Below, one piece after another: positions 40,201 through 51,510 of a stretch of 64,000 bases of DNA. The stretch covers positions 248,001 through 312,000 of the forward strand of contig JAQGDQ010000053.1 of NCBI GenBank assembly GCA_030141605.1. The letters are read 5' to 3'. Source of the stretch: Tubiluchus corallicola. Its lineage: Eukaryota > Animalia > Priapulida. Position 1 is the first letter of the stretch. The number at the start of each line of letters is the position of its first letter. Made by a program: the position numbers and the translations under genes. The notes below the pieces were generated by a model. The model saw nothing but the letters and a program-made list of their open reading frames with translations. It searched no databases and was not told the origin of the DNA.

Positions 40201-43200
40201 AAAAAGCCATATGCTATAAATTTACTAAAATTGAAAACATTCTGAAGTGCAGCCAAAGTTTTGACAACTTTAAGCAAATTTTGGAGCAGCACTACATTTC
40301 AAAAGAGATCTGATTTTCCAAGCTACTACGACGGGTTATCTTTAAATGAAAGAGAAAAATCACAAATAATGAGCATGCATATCATCTTCAACAAGTACAA
40401 TGTCCACATTACATAAAAAACCACAATAGAAAAAACACATAAAGCACTAGTCAGAACAACAAATCACAATATGTCACAATAGCAATGCAGTATAAAGCAT
40501 GAAACAGTAACTGTGTTACATACTGTGATTTTATACCCAGATGACATATTGTGCTTTTTGCTCTGTTGTTGTGACTAGTACTTTTTGTGTTTTTTTCTCT
40601 TGTGGTTTTTATTTACTGTAGCTTCTGCTTCTTCTGTGACTGTATTTCTCCATATTCGTTTTTTGTGAGTTTTAGTGAATATGCCTACTTTACAAAATCC
40701 AAAAAAATGTTTAGTGATCAACTCACCATTGTGCTTTCTTTCACCTAAAATCACTTGATAATGGTAGACCAAAACAAATGATTTCTTTCATTGTCTCTAC
40801 TATGGGACTTTTTTTATTAATTACGCAAAAAACGGTAATGTTAATGTGGTAAGAAACAGAATCAACAGACAAGCACCAAAACACTTATTAAATGAATAAC
40901 ATATTTTCACAATTGGCTCATACGGACAAGATCCCTAAGCAAGTCGGGGATTCAACCATTGATTTTCTACAGAAGATAAAGTCCACTGTTCACTAGCAGC
41001 CACCCAAGCTCCTGCCATTTCCCAAATCAATTGGTGGTGGCATAAAAACCACACACATTAATGCTTCCCAGCAGAACAACCAGTACGTACAGCTCTACTG
41101 CTTCAGAGAACCTAACTGATGAAAATAATCAAGAATTTCTCATCTGAAATAGGATCTTTGCATTTATTAAACGTATCATATCCTTCAGTTACTACAAAGA
41201 ATGTTTCCTGTTGTTACATTATTATTAGGTAATATGTTCAAAATTATACATCTGTAATGTTTCTTCCTAGTGACGGATCAGTTATTTTAATGTTGCTGAT
41301 TGAACATATTAAATCCTTTGTCTCTTCACCCTTACATGCATTCCACCAATTGCTAGTTAGACGGGCTCTAGTGCCTGCAATTTGGAAAGGCATTGCACGG
41401 AAAACAGTGCTCATGGACGACGCTCTCATGCGACGCGCTCATGGAATGTTTGTGCTGTTGAGAATTATGTTCGGTTGTGATGTCATCACTACTGATTCAC
41501 TAGTTGGGCTGGCCCACAGCTAATTAAGTTTTTAACTTATTATTTAACTATTACAACGGTTTGGCTTTATTACAAGCTGCAAAATATTTTTTTTACCTTA
41601 CTTCGAAATGAGGTAGAATATGAAAAATCATCCTGTTTTCCTTTAAATGGGTTGTGTTTAACTGGTTTTTATTGATTTAATACCCATCTTCTAGGCCAGC
41701 AACAGCAGACTTCCATTAACAAGATCCAAATATGAGTTCTCTGTTGAAACAGCCTTCATACCAGAAGCATCCCTAATTCCTAGTCTCCTAAAGAACTTTT
41801 CTGAGTGAAATCCAGACAAGCCAGAAAATGAACCAATTTTTGCTTCACTAAATGAACGCCAGAATTCCAAATTAAATGGTTAAATTATTGCGAGTTTTTA
41901 CTTTAAACCAACTGGAAGGGATTTTATAAATGGATCACCTTCAAGTAACCATAGAGAAGGTTCTGGCAATTTACATTAATGACAACTTACATTGTCTGTT
42001 GTCTGCCCTTGTACGTCAAGCAATTTCATTAATTTTCTTACCTTACATAAATTGTTATAGTTATCCAAGCAAGTCACTTAGTCTGGAAAGTATATTAAAA
42101 CTCCAACTGACAATGTATTTCCAAGTTTAAGAATTAATGGTAAAAATAAGTGATTACTATCATGTTTAAAAAACTAAAAAAATTGTTGACAAATTTCCTA
42201 GATTTTATTGACTGTGAAGCTTGCTTTTTTCATGCCTTTCAATGCTAATAAATGCAAAACAGCTCATCTGGGAAAAGGCTCAAAGAATCAGAAAAATTTC
42301 CAAAATGCAACTTACAGACACCATAGAAAATACTTTGACAGCACAACATCAATTATTTAGCCAACACACTGACAAAAAGCACTAAGATAGTAAAGAAGAT
42401 TCTAGTTAACTCGGAGATTATAAATGTTGTTAAAAAATTAAAATGTTTTCATAAAACAAATGTATTGGACTATAGGTTATGTTATTGCATTATGAAGACA
42501 AACTCATACTGGTATTTCAAACAAGTGTGGGTCAGATGGAAGATTGTTTAGCCAAGATGCAAAAATAAGAGTCATGAACAACTGCAAGAAAAAATAATGG
42601 TGTAGCACGCAACAAATGCAACTCAGGTTAAAACCAAGCCGGACAACCACTGGGCCAGCCATTCAGAAGAATGTCCACAACATCACTGACACTATAAACT
42701 TTGTTAACTCACTTTCTGGCATCTTATGAAATATTATTGTGCACACTCAAGCCCATTCAAATTCAGTTAACTTGACTAAGAGGGATCATTTTTAAGTTCT
42801 GTATGGACCATGCTGAATCTAACTTTGTGCAACTAAAATTCTGCTAATGCAAGATTAACATACATGTGGTATTCTCCATGCTAGAAGTATTAGTGAATTT
42901 AGAAAAAAACTTGAAGTGCATTTCAGAAAGAAATTCTGTTTTAAAACTTTTAAAAGTGCTTTGCAAAGTACCCAGGACTATCATGTACTATCGAAATTTT
43001 TCAGAAGTTTGTGTTCTTCAAACAGTACATAACACAGATATTTGAAATTTGTGTTATTTGACCTTTGATAACAGTAAAAATACTTTGAACTCTTGAAAAA
43101 CTGCAGGAACGGTCCATTATAGAAGATGATGTTTGCACTCAACACACTCAGTTTAACTGCTGTAAAAACAAAGTTTGGAGAATAAACGATATACTAATTG

Positions 43201-46200
43201 TCACATTTGCACACTAAATGAATGAAAAATACTTTGTCAAGTTCCTATAGAGTGCTGCACATTTAATTTTCTCCTACAAGCCATAAGCAACAAGATATTT
43301 CACATACCCGAGTTACTTCCCAAAGAGGAAACTATGCAATTCAACAACAATGGAAATACAAAGAGCAGCTTATATCTGCATCCTCTCCAAAATTTGACTT
43401 ACAAAATACTCAAGTTCACTTTTTTGGCATTATTTTAGGCACATTTACCTAGGCAGTTACAATATTCATAGCTTAGAGCATGGCTCGTAATACAATACAA
43501 TACATGTGCCTCAAAATAGAAAGTACATTCAATTAGCTAAAATGACCCAGGCTACAAATGGTGTAGTAGTTTAAGTTAGGTCTACTTTAATTAGTAGGCC
43601 GTTTAACTTTATAATGAGCAAAAGATGTACTAGTTATATAACATTCTGGTAAAAAAAATCAGGTTTTGGTCTGGGAACAAATAAAACACGACCAATTTTA
43701 GGCGAGTCAATCCACAGCATGAAGTCCAGAAAAAACTACCTGCTACATTAGAGTGCCTGTAAGGTAAGGCAGTCACTAATACGCAAGGCACTCTCAGCTT
43801 GAACCAATGCAGACCTGAACCTCTATGAAAGTTTGTTAATTCATGATTTAAAGCCCTCTCTAAATAATCAACAGTACAGTGTGCCTTTATAGCTATCTGC
43901 TTAAGTAATACAGGTTAGCAACTAGGCTCATAATTATTTTCATCATCATGTTAAAGATTCTGATAATGTTTATAGGGAAATAAATGAAGTTTCAGCATGT
44001 TTTTATAAGCTATGGCAGATCTTTCTGATACCATCACTAATTGCTTCAACATCACCAACCCACATGACTTTTAGCACTTGATACCTCCAATGCATGCACT
44101 GGTAGATGCTTTAGCACATTTAAGAGTGAAAAATTAGTGCTGTTGTCAATGCTGATTTGTTAGCGGCTGCTCCACTGTTTCGGGCCTCTTAGCTGCATTT
44201 TATTACATTGCACTTTCTATTGCCCTATTTACACAGTATTTGTTGCCCATTATGATGATTTTACAAATGCATTGTTAGTTAGTGGTTATCATACAATAAT
44301 CATGAGACTAGAATTTTAGCGAGTATTAGCTGCAAGCATTTGCTAGATCTATGCCACAAATAGACCTATATTAGAGAAAGCTGTACAAATGTGTTAGACA
44401 TCATGATCGTAATGTTTTGGAAATTGTGTGTTGCATCTTGTATGCTGCCTAGATAAGATTATTGCACATTACAATACCAGTCTAATTCGCAATTTAGCAC
44501 TTTACATTTAGCAAGGGGGCAACCTAAGATGCTGTTTTATGCAGTGTTGGGTAATAGAGGCACTACAATAACCAGTTCTTAGTGTTTGGTAAAGGTACTA
44601 CTATTTCAGAAATGTACTGATTTTACGTAATGCTACTTTGTAAACTGTATAACCATGCTGCGTGACTTAAATTTAGGCCTTCACTATACATGTGGACACC
44701 GGCTATAAAAAATATTGAAACGTCACAATTTAAGTCTACATCTAAGACGATAACTATATGTAATCGATTCTCTCTCAAATGTCTCTTGAATACATTGATT
44801 GACGAAACACTGATGGGTGATAATGCCATAAGAACTGAGACCCGATGTTGGTTCTAGCGGGTGGCACAAATAACTTGTGGCACATTCAGATGTAGAGACT
44901 TCTCTCTAGGAGTAAAGTTACAAAGTGTGAACGGCTCAGCAATTTCTCTCGCAACTTATTGCAAACTCAGTGAGAAAAGATGAGAGTTAACTTCCGCAAT
45001 TAGATGAGAGAAAAGTTGCCAATTCACACATACAACTTTACTCTAACGGAGAAGTTGCGCAAGAAATTGCGAGAGAAGTCTCTATGTCTGAATGTACCAT
45101 TAGAGTCATGACCACAAGTAACTCTATGCAAGGCCTGGAAAAAGTCTACCTCTGTCAGAATAGTGTTTCCACTAATTATTCTGACGCAGTTCACGAGGTC
45201 TACAGCTTCTCATCTCTGCTCGAGAGTAGAAATTGAAGAGGGATCCAAATCAACTGCTAGACAAATACATCAAGTTCTTTTGGTTTGGTTTTGCAATGAT
45301 GCGGTTCACATGACAATTACATTTTAGGTTGTTGGAAATCACCACTCCCAAGCCTCTGATACAACCTTTTTCAACTATATGAACACTGTTTAGAAAGCAA
45401 GGAGTTGTAGAGTTCTAAGCAAAGCACTAGACCTGTTTAAGGATAGAAGTCTGGTACAGCAACATGCCTTCTTGTGATCATAGAATCAGACAGTTGTCGC
45501 CAATGTGGGTTTCTTGTCTTGATGAATGTGATGTGAACAACAATTCCAACATAAGCAAGTAAGTAAGGGCCATCAACCAGTAGCAGCAACAGTCTAAAAT
45601 TTCATCCAAGTCAAGTTGTAAAATATAACAATCGGAAAAAAGAGCTTTAAATCATCAACAAATAATGGGATGCCGGTTGCAGGGGAAATACAATCAGCAA
45701 TATCATTAATAAATTCTGGGCCCCTCAAGGTTTAATACTAGCACCAATACCTGGACCTATACCCAAGAAATAAGATGACTACTTGTAAGCAATCCTCTCT
45801 CGAATGCCTTTCGATCATCAGCTAATATGTTACTAATGTTAATTGGTGTGATGAGATGTCTAATGCTGATGTTCAAAGTTCTTGGAATTTTTTTCATAGT
45901 GTATGTAATGACGCTATTAAATTTTCCCCATTTTCCAAATTTGTCCTATTAAAGGGAAATTCTGGGAATCAATGCAAACATTTATCATTCCCACGGAAAT
46001 ATAACAAGAAAGTCTTGCAGGCTAAGGCACATTGTAGTACTGTGGAGTTTATGGCAATCATCCCGCTTGTCCAGTGTTATGCTGAGAACACCTTAACAGG
46101 TGCCATCCTCTATTCTTTATGCAAGAAGACCTTGTGAGGAAGAATTTGCTAACAGAATTGCGAAGAATGGAAAAGAATTCTTTCGCCACAGTAAATATTT

Positions 46201-46553
46201 CCTCAAACTAGCTAATCACATCAGTAGCTTATTGACCGGCACCAGCAAATCAGTGCTGCACCTGAAGAGGTTGCATCTACAATAAATGACAATTTTGTCT
46301 TTTTCTTCACGTACGAATCCCTGCATGTTCCAGTCCAAAGATTAAATGGAACTCTGAACACCTTAACATTGTTGAATTCACACTGTATGATCTTCGCAAT
46401 GGACCCCGGTGCCCATACCCCATACTATCCTAAGGATGGTGCCACAGAAGAAAAAATTCTTACATTTTTATGGTGTCATAATGTTAAGGTGACCAAAGGC
46501 AATATCACGCAAGCTCACTAAGTTGTTCTAGAGAAAGTATTTCACAAAAGTTT

Positions 46554-46638
<85 letters not shown>

Positions 46639-46785
46639 TGCTTACACTTGCTTACACTTCAAATGCTTTCCCTTTGGTCCAATAACTTCTTCCGTAGTTG
46701 CCTTGCACACAGACTTTGCAAGCCCAGCACCGACTAAACTGTGCTTAGCTGCAGTAATCCTATCTTGTATAGTTTGCCCGGACAT
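26580..46785 (-). CDS. PICALM: Phosphatidylinositol-binding clathrin assembly protein (PICALM/AP180/LAP, ANTH domain), 17 exons, 819 aa
   Basis: Exons (-): 46785-46656, 39643-39501, 39235-39160, 38817-38715, 38383-38344, 37569-37401, 36876-36770, 36453-36412, 36234-36161, 36023-35870, 34513-34204, 34017-33937, 32934-32497, 30623-30440, 29131-28996, 27650-27570, 26771-26580 (2460 nt, phases consistent). ANTH peptides [83 protein letters not shown]. The tail carries NPF/DLF/DAF motifs and TGGMNWQP, and ends NDPFGAL*. Confidence 0.94.
28090..28204. repeat. (CCCT)n(CT)n microsatellite
   Basis: Directly visible; explains the ERER/SLSL ORFs. Confidence 0.95.
29262..30038 (+). pseudogene. Tigger/pogo DDE transposase relic (C-terminal half), antisense in a PICALM intron
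   Basis: ANSNAWMT...[14 protein letters not shown] and [26 protein letters not shown] are DDE_1 hallmarks. In-frame stop and frameshifts; ends [10 protein letters not shown]. Confidence 0.85.
31556..31701 (-). mobile_element. tRNA-derived SINE copy
   Basis: Minus strand GAGGCTGTGTGAGGTAGTGATCATGGCACTGGACTTGTGATTCG...GGTTCAAGTCC (B box), followed by a body shared with 14338-14470. Confidence 0.6.
31893..31990 (+). mobile_element. tRNA-derived SINE copy (highly decayed)
   Basis: GGTTCAAATTC B-box and a similar head to the other two copies. Confidence 0.4.
34794..34844 (-). CDS. Candidate 51-nt cassette exon of PICALM ([17 protein letters not shown])
   Basis: cttacag acceptor and TGG/gtaggt donor; phase 0-0 fits between exons 36023-35870 and 34513-34204; no stop. 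Confidence 0.55.
35123..35542. repeat. 210-bp tandem duplication (2 near-identical copies)
   Basis: Units start TCATGAACTAATTTATAA at 35123 and 35333; only a handful of substitutions. Confidence 0.95.
44878..45099. mobile_element. PIF/Harbinger-like palindromic MITE
   Basis: TGGCACATTCAGATGTAGAGACTTCTCTC vs reverse-complement TGGTACATTCAGACATAGAGACTTCTCTC; TTG/TTA flanks. Confidence 0.6.
45780..46450 (+). mobile_element. Highly decayed CR1-like LINE fragment
   Basis: NW...[13 protein letters not shown] and [16 protein letters not shown] resemble the CR1 endonuclease-RT linker region. Confidence 0.4.
46555..46634. repeat. (GA)n microsatellite, ~40 units
   Basis: Directly visible, about 20 nt into PICALM intron 1. 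Confidence 0.95.
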
Positions 46786-46799
46786 GGCCAAATTTTCAC

Positions 46800-47051
46800 C
46801 CCTCCCACCACACGAAAATTAGTACACTATTCTTTTGCCAGTATGCGTTTAAGTATAAGTAAGCTGAAAAACACAAGAAAATTGATCCGGTAACCCACTT
46901 GTGGGTGGACAAGTGTCAAAGATGGCGGCCTCTTTTGGGGGCGGAGTTTATAATCAATTTCCGCTTCCGGTAATGAAGCAAAGCAGATGATGAAGCTGAA
47001 AGTCAAGCTGGAAAGCCAAATTTCGAAGAAATTTTAACGTAAATTTTTAAG
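46800..47051. promoter_or_regulatory. Probable bidirectional housekeeping promoter (PICALM - / AGPAT +)
   Basis: Local GC/CpG rise with YY1 motif AAGATGGCGGC (46919-46929), GC box GGGGCGGAG (46938-46946), ETS-like CTTCCGG (46964-46970); plus-strand donor AG/GTAATA at 47051/47052. Confidence 0.6.
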
Positions 47052-48017
47052 GTAATAAAAATGTAGTAAATGTTGTTTACAAGTTTTGACAAGTGGGTGT
47101 ATAACAATGAAATTAATATTAATTATTATAAAACAACAATACTAAATTTATAGTATAACACTTTAATACAATTCTATTTCTCTGGTTACGTATATAACAA
47201 TTTTATGTATTCATCTTCACTGTCTTATTTTGGCTAGAGGATTTGCATAAAAAATTAATGATTGATTTTTAAATCACGTTACACATAATCAAATTTAAAT
47301 AATTTTTCTTTGCAAATGTACCAAAATAAGAATTCTTTAAATTGCTTTCATTATTTACTATGCATTTTTGAAACAGTTTACCTGCTTGTATTTTTTCAGT
47401 TATTATAATTATATAGGTATCATTTAGAATAATTTGTTCCAATATTATTATAATGTACATTTGTGTGATATGCAAAGCTTGTTATTATTATTATTATTAT
47501 TGTTATTATCTAACACTGATAGTGATAACTTCATACTGCTAATTAATTTATATGATTTTCTTCCATTTCTTGCCAATTCCATGAACTTAAGAATGAAAAC
47601 AAGTTCATTTCAATTTGAAAACGTTTCATATTATAATGATTAGGACCTATTGTCTTATGAAAATGCAGGTAAAAATAAGTACGAAAGCCTATAATTGTTA
47701 TATTTTCAAAATGCAAACAAGTGTTTTTTTCAGCTAGCTGGCTCCATGCTTTTCATATTCTTGAAAATTAGCTTCAGTTATCCATGTATTTATATAGGCA
47801 TCTGTGGAAAGTCATGTCCTCTACCTCTCGATTGTGTAATATGAATTAGTTTGCTATCATTAAAGAAGGACCGGTTTATAACAAAAAATTATCCTATCTA
47901 ATCTTGTGTATTTATGCCGCCTAGGGCTTTCCTATAGTTACAATAGTCAAAGTCAGTCTAGAGTGCCTATCTAGAGTACTTTGCTATTAGTGCACAGAAG
48001 ACAGTTTAGATACTCTA

Positions 48018-48297
48018 AGCAAAGTCAGTCATCGTTATGACGTTCGCATTTATAAGCAAAGCACGTGATCTCGTAGTAGTCACAAGTTTTGATGTATATG
48101 CACTATTCTTATCTATGTGTAATTCATCATCTTAGCGTCCGAATTCCGAAGCAAGATTTCTTTCGTTGCGAACTTTGCAATTTATAATTATTCGTGCAGA
48201 TTTCTACCGTCACTGAGAGTTCAAATTGCACCCAGAGAGATAGTCGTTATGATTAAGGTCACGTTAGTATAAGTCCAACGGATGACTGTACTTTGCT
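48018..48297. mobile_element. MITE (PIF/Harbinger-like)
   Basis: Inverted termini AGCAAAGTCAGTCATCGTT / AACGGATGACTGTACTTTGCT; CTA/TTA flanks. Confidence 0.5.
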
Positions 48298-49100
48298 TTA
48301 CGAACAGTTTCATCTTTGAATCCGTAGTGCTATTGAGGTGTGCAGAGCTATAAGCAGTTTTGTGGTCCATAGTAGTGCTGTACATCTGTTATCTGGTATT
48401 TTGTGATTGACAGTGAGTCTGAGGGATAGTTGCAATAAGTGTGACAACCAAATTCAGTAAGTAGACAAAATTGTGATTAATGTGTACCAAACGATGAAAT
48501 GTATATAGACTTGTAAAATTGCTTACATAGAAATGTAGTCTCATACAATACTATCAATTTCTCCCTATCATATTATGAATATTGTAGTGTGTGACTATAT
48601 GTCAGTTTTGCTTCTAAACTTCCAGTTAGGCTGCATTATTCAACTGAGAATCTATAGCAGACTATCCAAACATTCACTTTATTAATGTGTTATAAGGGAA
48701 TAGCACGATAATTTGTAGAAGAAAGGTAAGTTAATCGAAATATTATCAACCCAAGTTCGTAATTTTCCATCTTGATTGAATAGCGATGTCAGCTGTTTTT
48801 CCCTTTTATGGAATTACCTTACACACTGCTTACTTCACAGTCATGTACAAACAAATGCAGGCCATCAATTTTGATTAGTTGTGTAGTATTATCTGGGGTG
48901 GTCCTACTAGGATGAAGCTTGAGCATGCTGCTTTAGCTAATTTTTCTAAGCAAATTAAAAGTCAGCAATTTAATAAGTACTCGCTGCTTAGTAATGTGCA
49001 AAAGAATTATGATCAAATTCTTGGCATTGTGATGCCTAGATGCAGTTCTAAATAAAAACGTCAAAACCCCAAGCAAGGAGCCGCTAAAGAGGGAGATTTA

Positions 49101-50221
49101 AGGGGCTGGCTCTACCACTAGGCAGTACAGGCAATTTCCGGGGGTACCAAATTTTGGGAGGTGCCAAATTCAGGAAGTAATTCTTTAATTTTTAAGTTTA
49201 GTATAAGTAATAGCATAGTATAATGTGAATTTCCTCAGTTCAAAACACTAATTAAATGAAGCGAAAAAGTATGTCATTTTCCTGTCAAATACATGATTCT
49301 ATATGAGTGCTTATAGAATGACCCTTCTGTTAATAAAAAAATGTCTTACAATAGTATTTATCTAACTATAGCAGATAAACCTATAAAAATCGAAGTCTGC
49401 AGAAGAGAAAACAGGAAACGAAGACCTGTAAAAAAGCTGGCGTGTCATATAGAGCACAATACCGACATAAATCCGATTTCAAATTAAAGCAGTCATAAAT
49501 TCAATTTCAAATTCCATCATAACAAACTGCAAATAATTGCCTAGTACCTACCTTAATCAGCTCACTATAATACATGCATAAGCCTAACATACAGGTACTA
49601 TTTCTTGTGATTCCACTTGGTCCATTTCATCAATAGATGAGCAGACTCTTCTTAGATTGGAAGATCAAATTTCACTATGTTTTGTCATCATACTTTGATG
49701 TTTGTTTTTGTGTTGACGACTTCTCTTTTAATTCAACTCTTCACCAATTTGTTTGCACTTCATCATACATATTTCACCAAACTTTGAAGTTTATGTATAT
49801 CATCTACCGACACTTTAACCTCATCGGATATTCCTCGCTCGTTTCCCTCACATTATTCTGTCATTTTCTTGTTTGCACATTGGGCGTAATGTATTATCTT
49901 TGTATTTATTCCTGTATTGACTTCTACCATGTTCAATCTTATGTGCAATGGATCTGTTGTTATTTTCTGGCTACCCTACTGAATATAGGTTTTACCTAAC
50001 CATTGTATATTGTGCAAGAATCGTAGTTTTGTACTAGCTATTACTTTAAGCTGACATTTTGATTTTTTATATATTTCATAATAGTATTACACTTTATTAT
50101 AATATTATACAAGAAAATGTCAATATTAGTAGCGTGGTGGGGATAGAGGGGGGAAGGGGCGGAGGAGGGGGCGCCATACAGATATTTGCCTAGAACATCA
50201 ATCTACCTAGAGCCAGCACTG
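49101..50221. mobile_element. Probable hAT-type non-autonomous element
   Basis: Inverted termini share GCTGGCTCTA, with GC-rich subterminal GGCGCC/GGTGCC motifs; no TSD found. Confidence 0.4.
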
Positions 50222-50679
50222 CATGAGAAGATTCCTCATAAAGAAAGGACAAAATTAATAGTGATTTCTGGTCATTGTTTGTTTACATAGATAAGCTTTG
50301 GTACAGACAGCAAAGGATTAAAGCAAAAACCGAGTTTGGCTAATAGAGAATCAGGTGAGCAGCAGGAGGTTTTGTTAGTTTATAAACGTTTTTTTTGTTC
50401 TTGTAAACTTACCCACTGGTTTAATTAAGGATACTAAATTCAGTACCAAAAAAGAAATGAAGTGAGCGGCTAAATTGCTATTGTGAAGTTCATCGTTTTG
50501 CCCATTAATTTTATGGAACATGTCATGAAAATGTTAACACTTTCTGAACACTTTGTAGTGCTTGCCAATTTAAAAATGAAGTAATCCTTAAAATTGTTTA
50601 ACTTTTTACAGGAACACGTTTAAACACCCAAAATGCTGGACGGCCTATACACAGAGTGAGTTTCATCACTGTCATCAGT

Positions 50680-51510
50680 ATGGAATTCCCGTTTACATGG
50701 ATGCAAATCGCACTGATTTGTGTTCTAGTATTGTTGCCACTCTTTTATGAGTTGAATGCAACATTCAAGTACATGTCAAAAATGTTTTTGTTTAACTTGA
50801 TTTTGATGATAACATCAGTGGTAGGGTTGCCTGTGGCATTAGCTCGTCCATTCAGCATAGAAAATTACTGGTTTCCTTATTGGGTGTTTCGGATGCTTAC
50901 AAAAATATACGGGATAAAAATAGAAACGAAGAACCTAGAGAATTATGATATCTTTGGTCCATACATATTAGTATGTAACCATCAAAGTTCTTTAGACTTA
51001 ATAGTTATGGCTACTTGTTGGCCAAACAAATGCACAGCTATGGTCAAAAAAGAATTGCTATATACTGGACCATTTGGTTTGATATTGAAATTAGCAAATA
51101 CTATCTTTGTTGAACGCCAAAACACTGATAAAGCTAGACAAACCTTAGCCAAAGTTTTTCAGAATATTAAAGCGGAGGGCATACGAGTTTGGGTGTTTCC
51201 TGAAGGGACAAGAAACCACGAGTCAGGAATGCTTCCATTCAAGAAGGGAGCTTTTCACCTGGCAGTAGATGCTCAGATACCGGTACTGCCATTAGTCATT
51301 TCTTCATACTCAGATTTTTATAATAAAAAAGAACGAAAGTTTGGCTCTGGAAAACTGATAGTAGAAGCGTTATCGGCTGTACCTACTGAGGGTTTAACGA
51401 AAGATGATGTTCCCGAGTTTGCTGAGCGAGTGCGGAAGCTGATGCTTGATGTTTATAATAGGAACTCTGCGAAAAAGCACTCTGAAGTCGAGTCAAATGG
51501 TGCCACGTAA
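50680..51510 (+). CDS. AGPAT1: 1-acyl-sn-glycerol-3-phosphate acyltransferase (LPAAT, AGPAT1/2-like), intronless CDS, 276 aa
   Basis: Motif I NHQSSLD, motif II TIFVER, motif III FPEGTR, LPFKKGAFHLA, motif IV PVLPLV; hydrophobic N-terminus. First in-frame ATG is 50680; acceptor tttttacag at 50611. Confidence 0.92.
   Translation: MEFPFTWMQIALICVLVLLPLFYELNATFKYMSKMFLFNLILMITSVVGLPVALARPFSIENYWFPYWVFRMLTKIYGIKIETKNLENYDIFGPYILVCNHQSSLDLIVMATCWPNKCTAMVKKELLYTGPFGLILKLANTIFVERQNTDKARQTLAKVFQNIKAEGIRVWVFPEGTRNHESGMLPFKKGAFHLAVDAQIPVLPLVISSYSDFYNKKERKFGSGKLIVEALSAVPTEGLTKDDVPEFAERVRKLMLDVYNRNSAKKHSEVESNGAT

Noticed and set aside
49637-49999. 120-aa hydrophobic ORF
   Set aside because: No recognisable motif; T-rich sequence inside a probable non-autonomous element
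50656-50679. GTG start given by the ORF track for AGPAT
   Set aside because: Eukaryotic gene; first in-frame ATG is 50680, and the putative upstream exon has an in-frame stop
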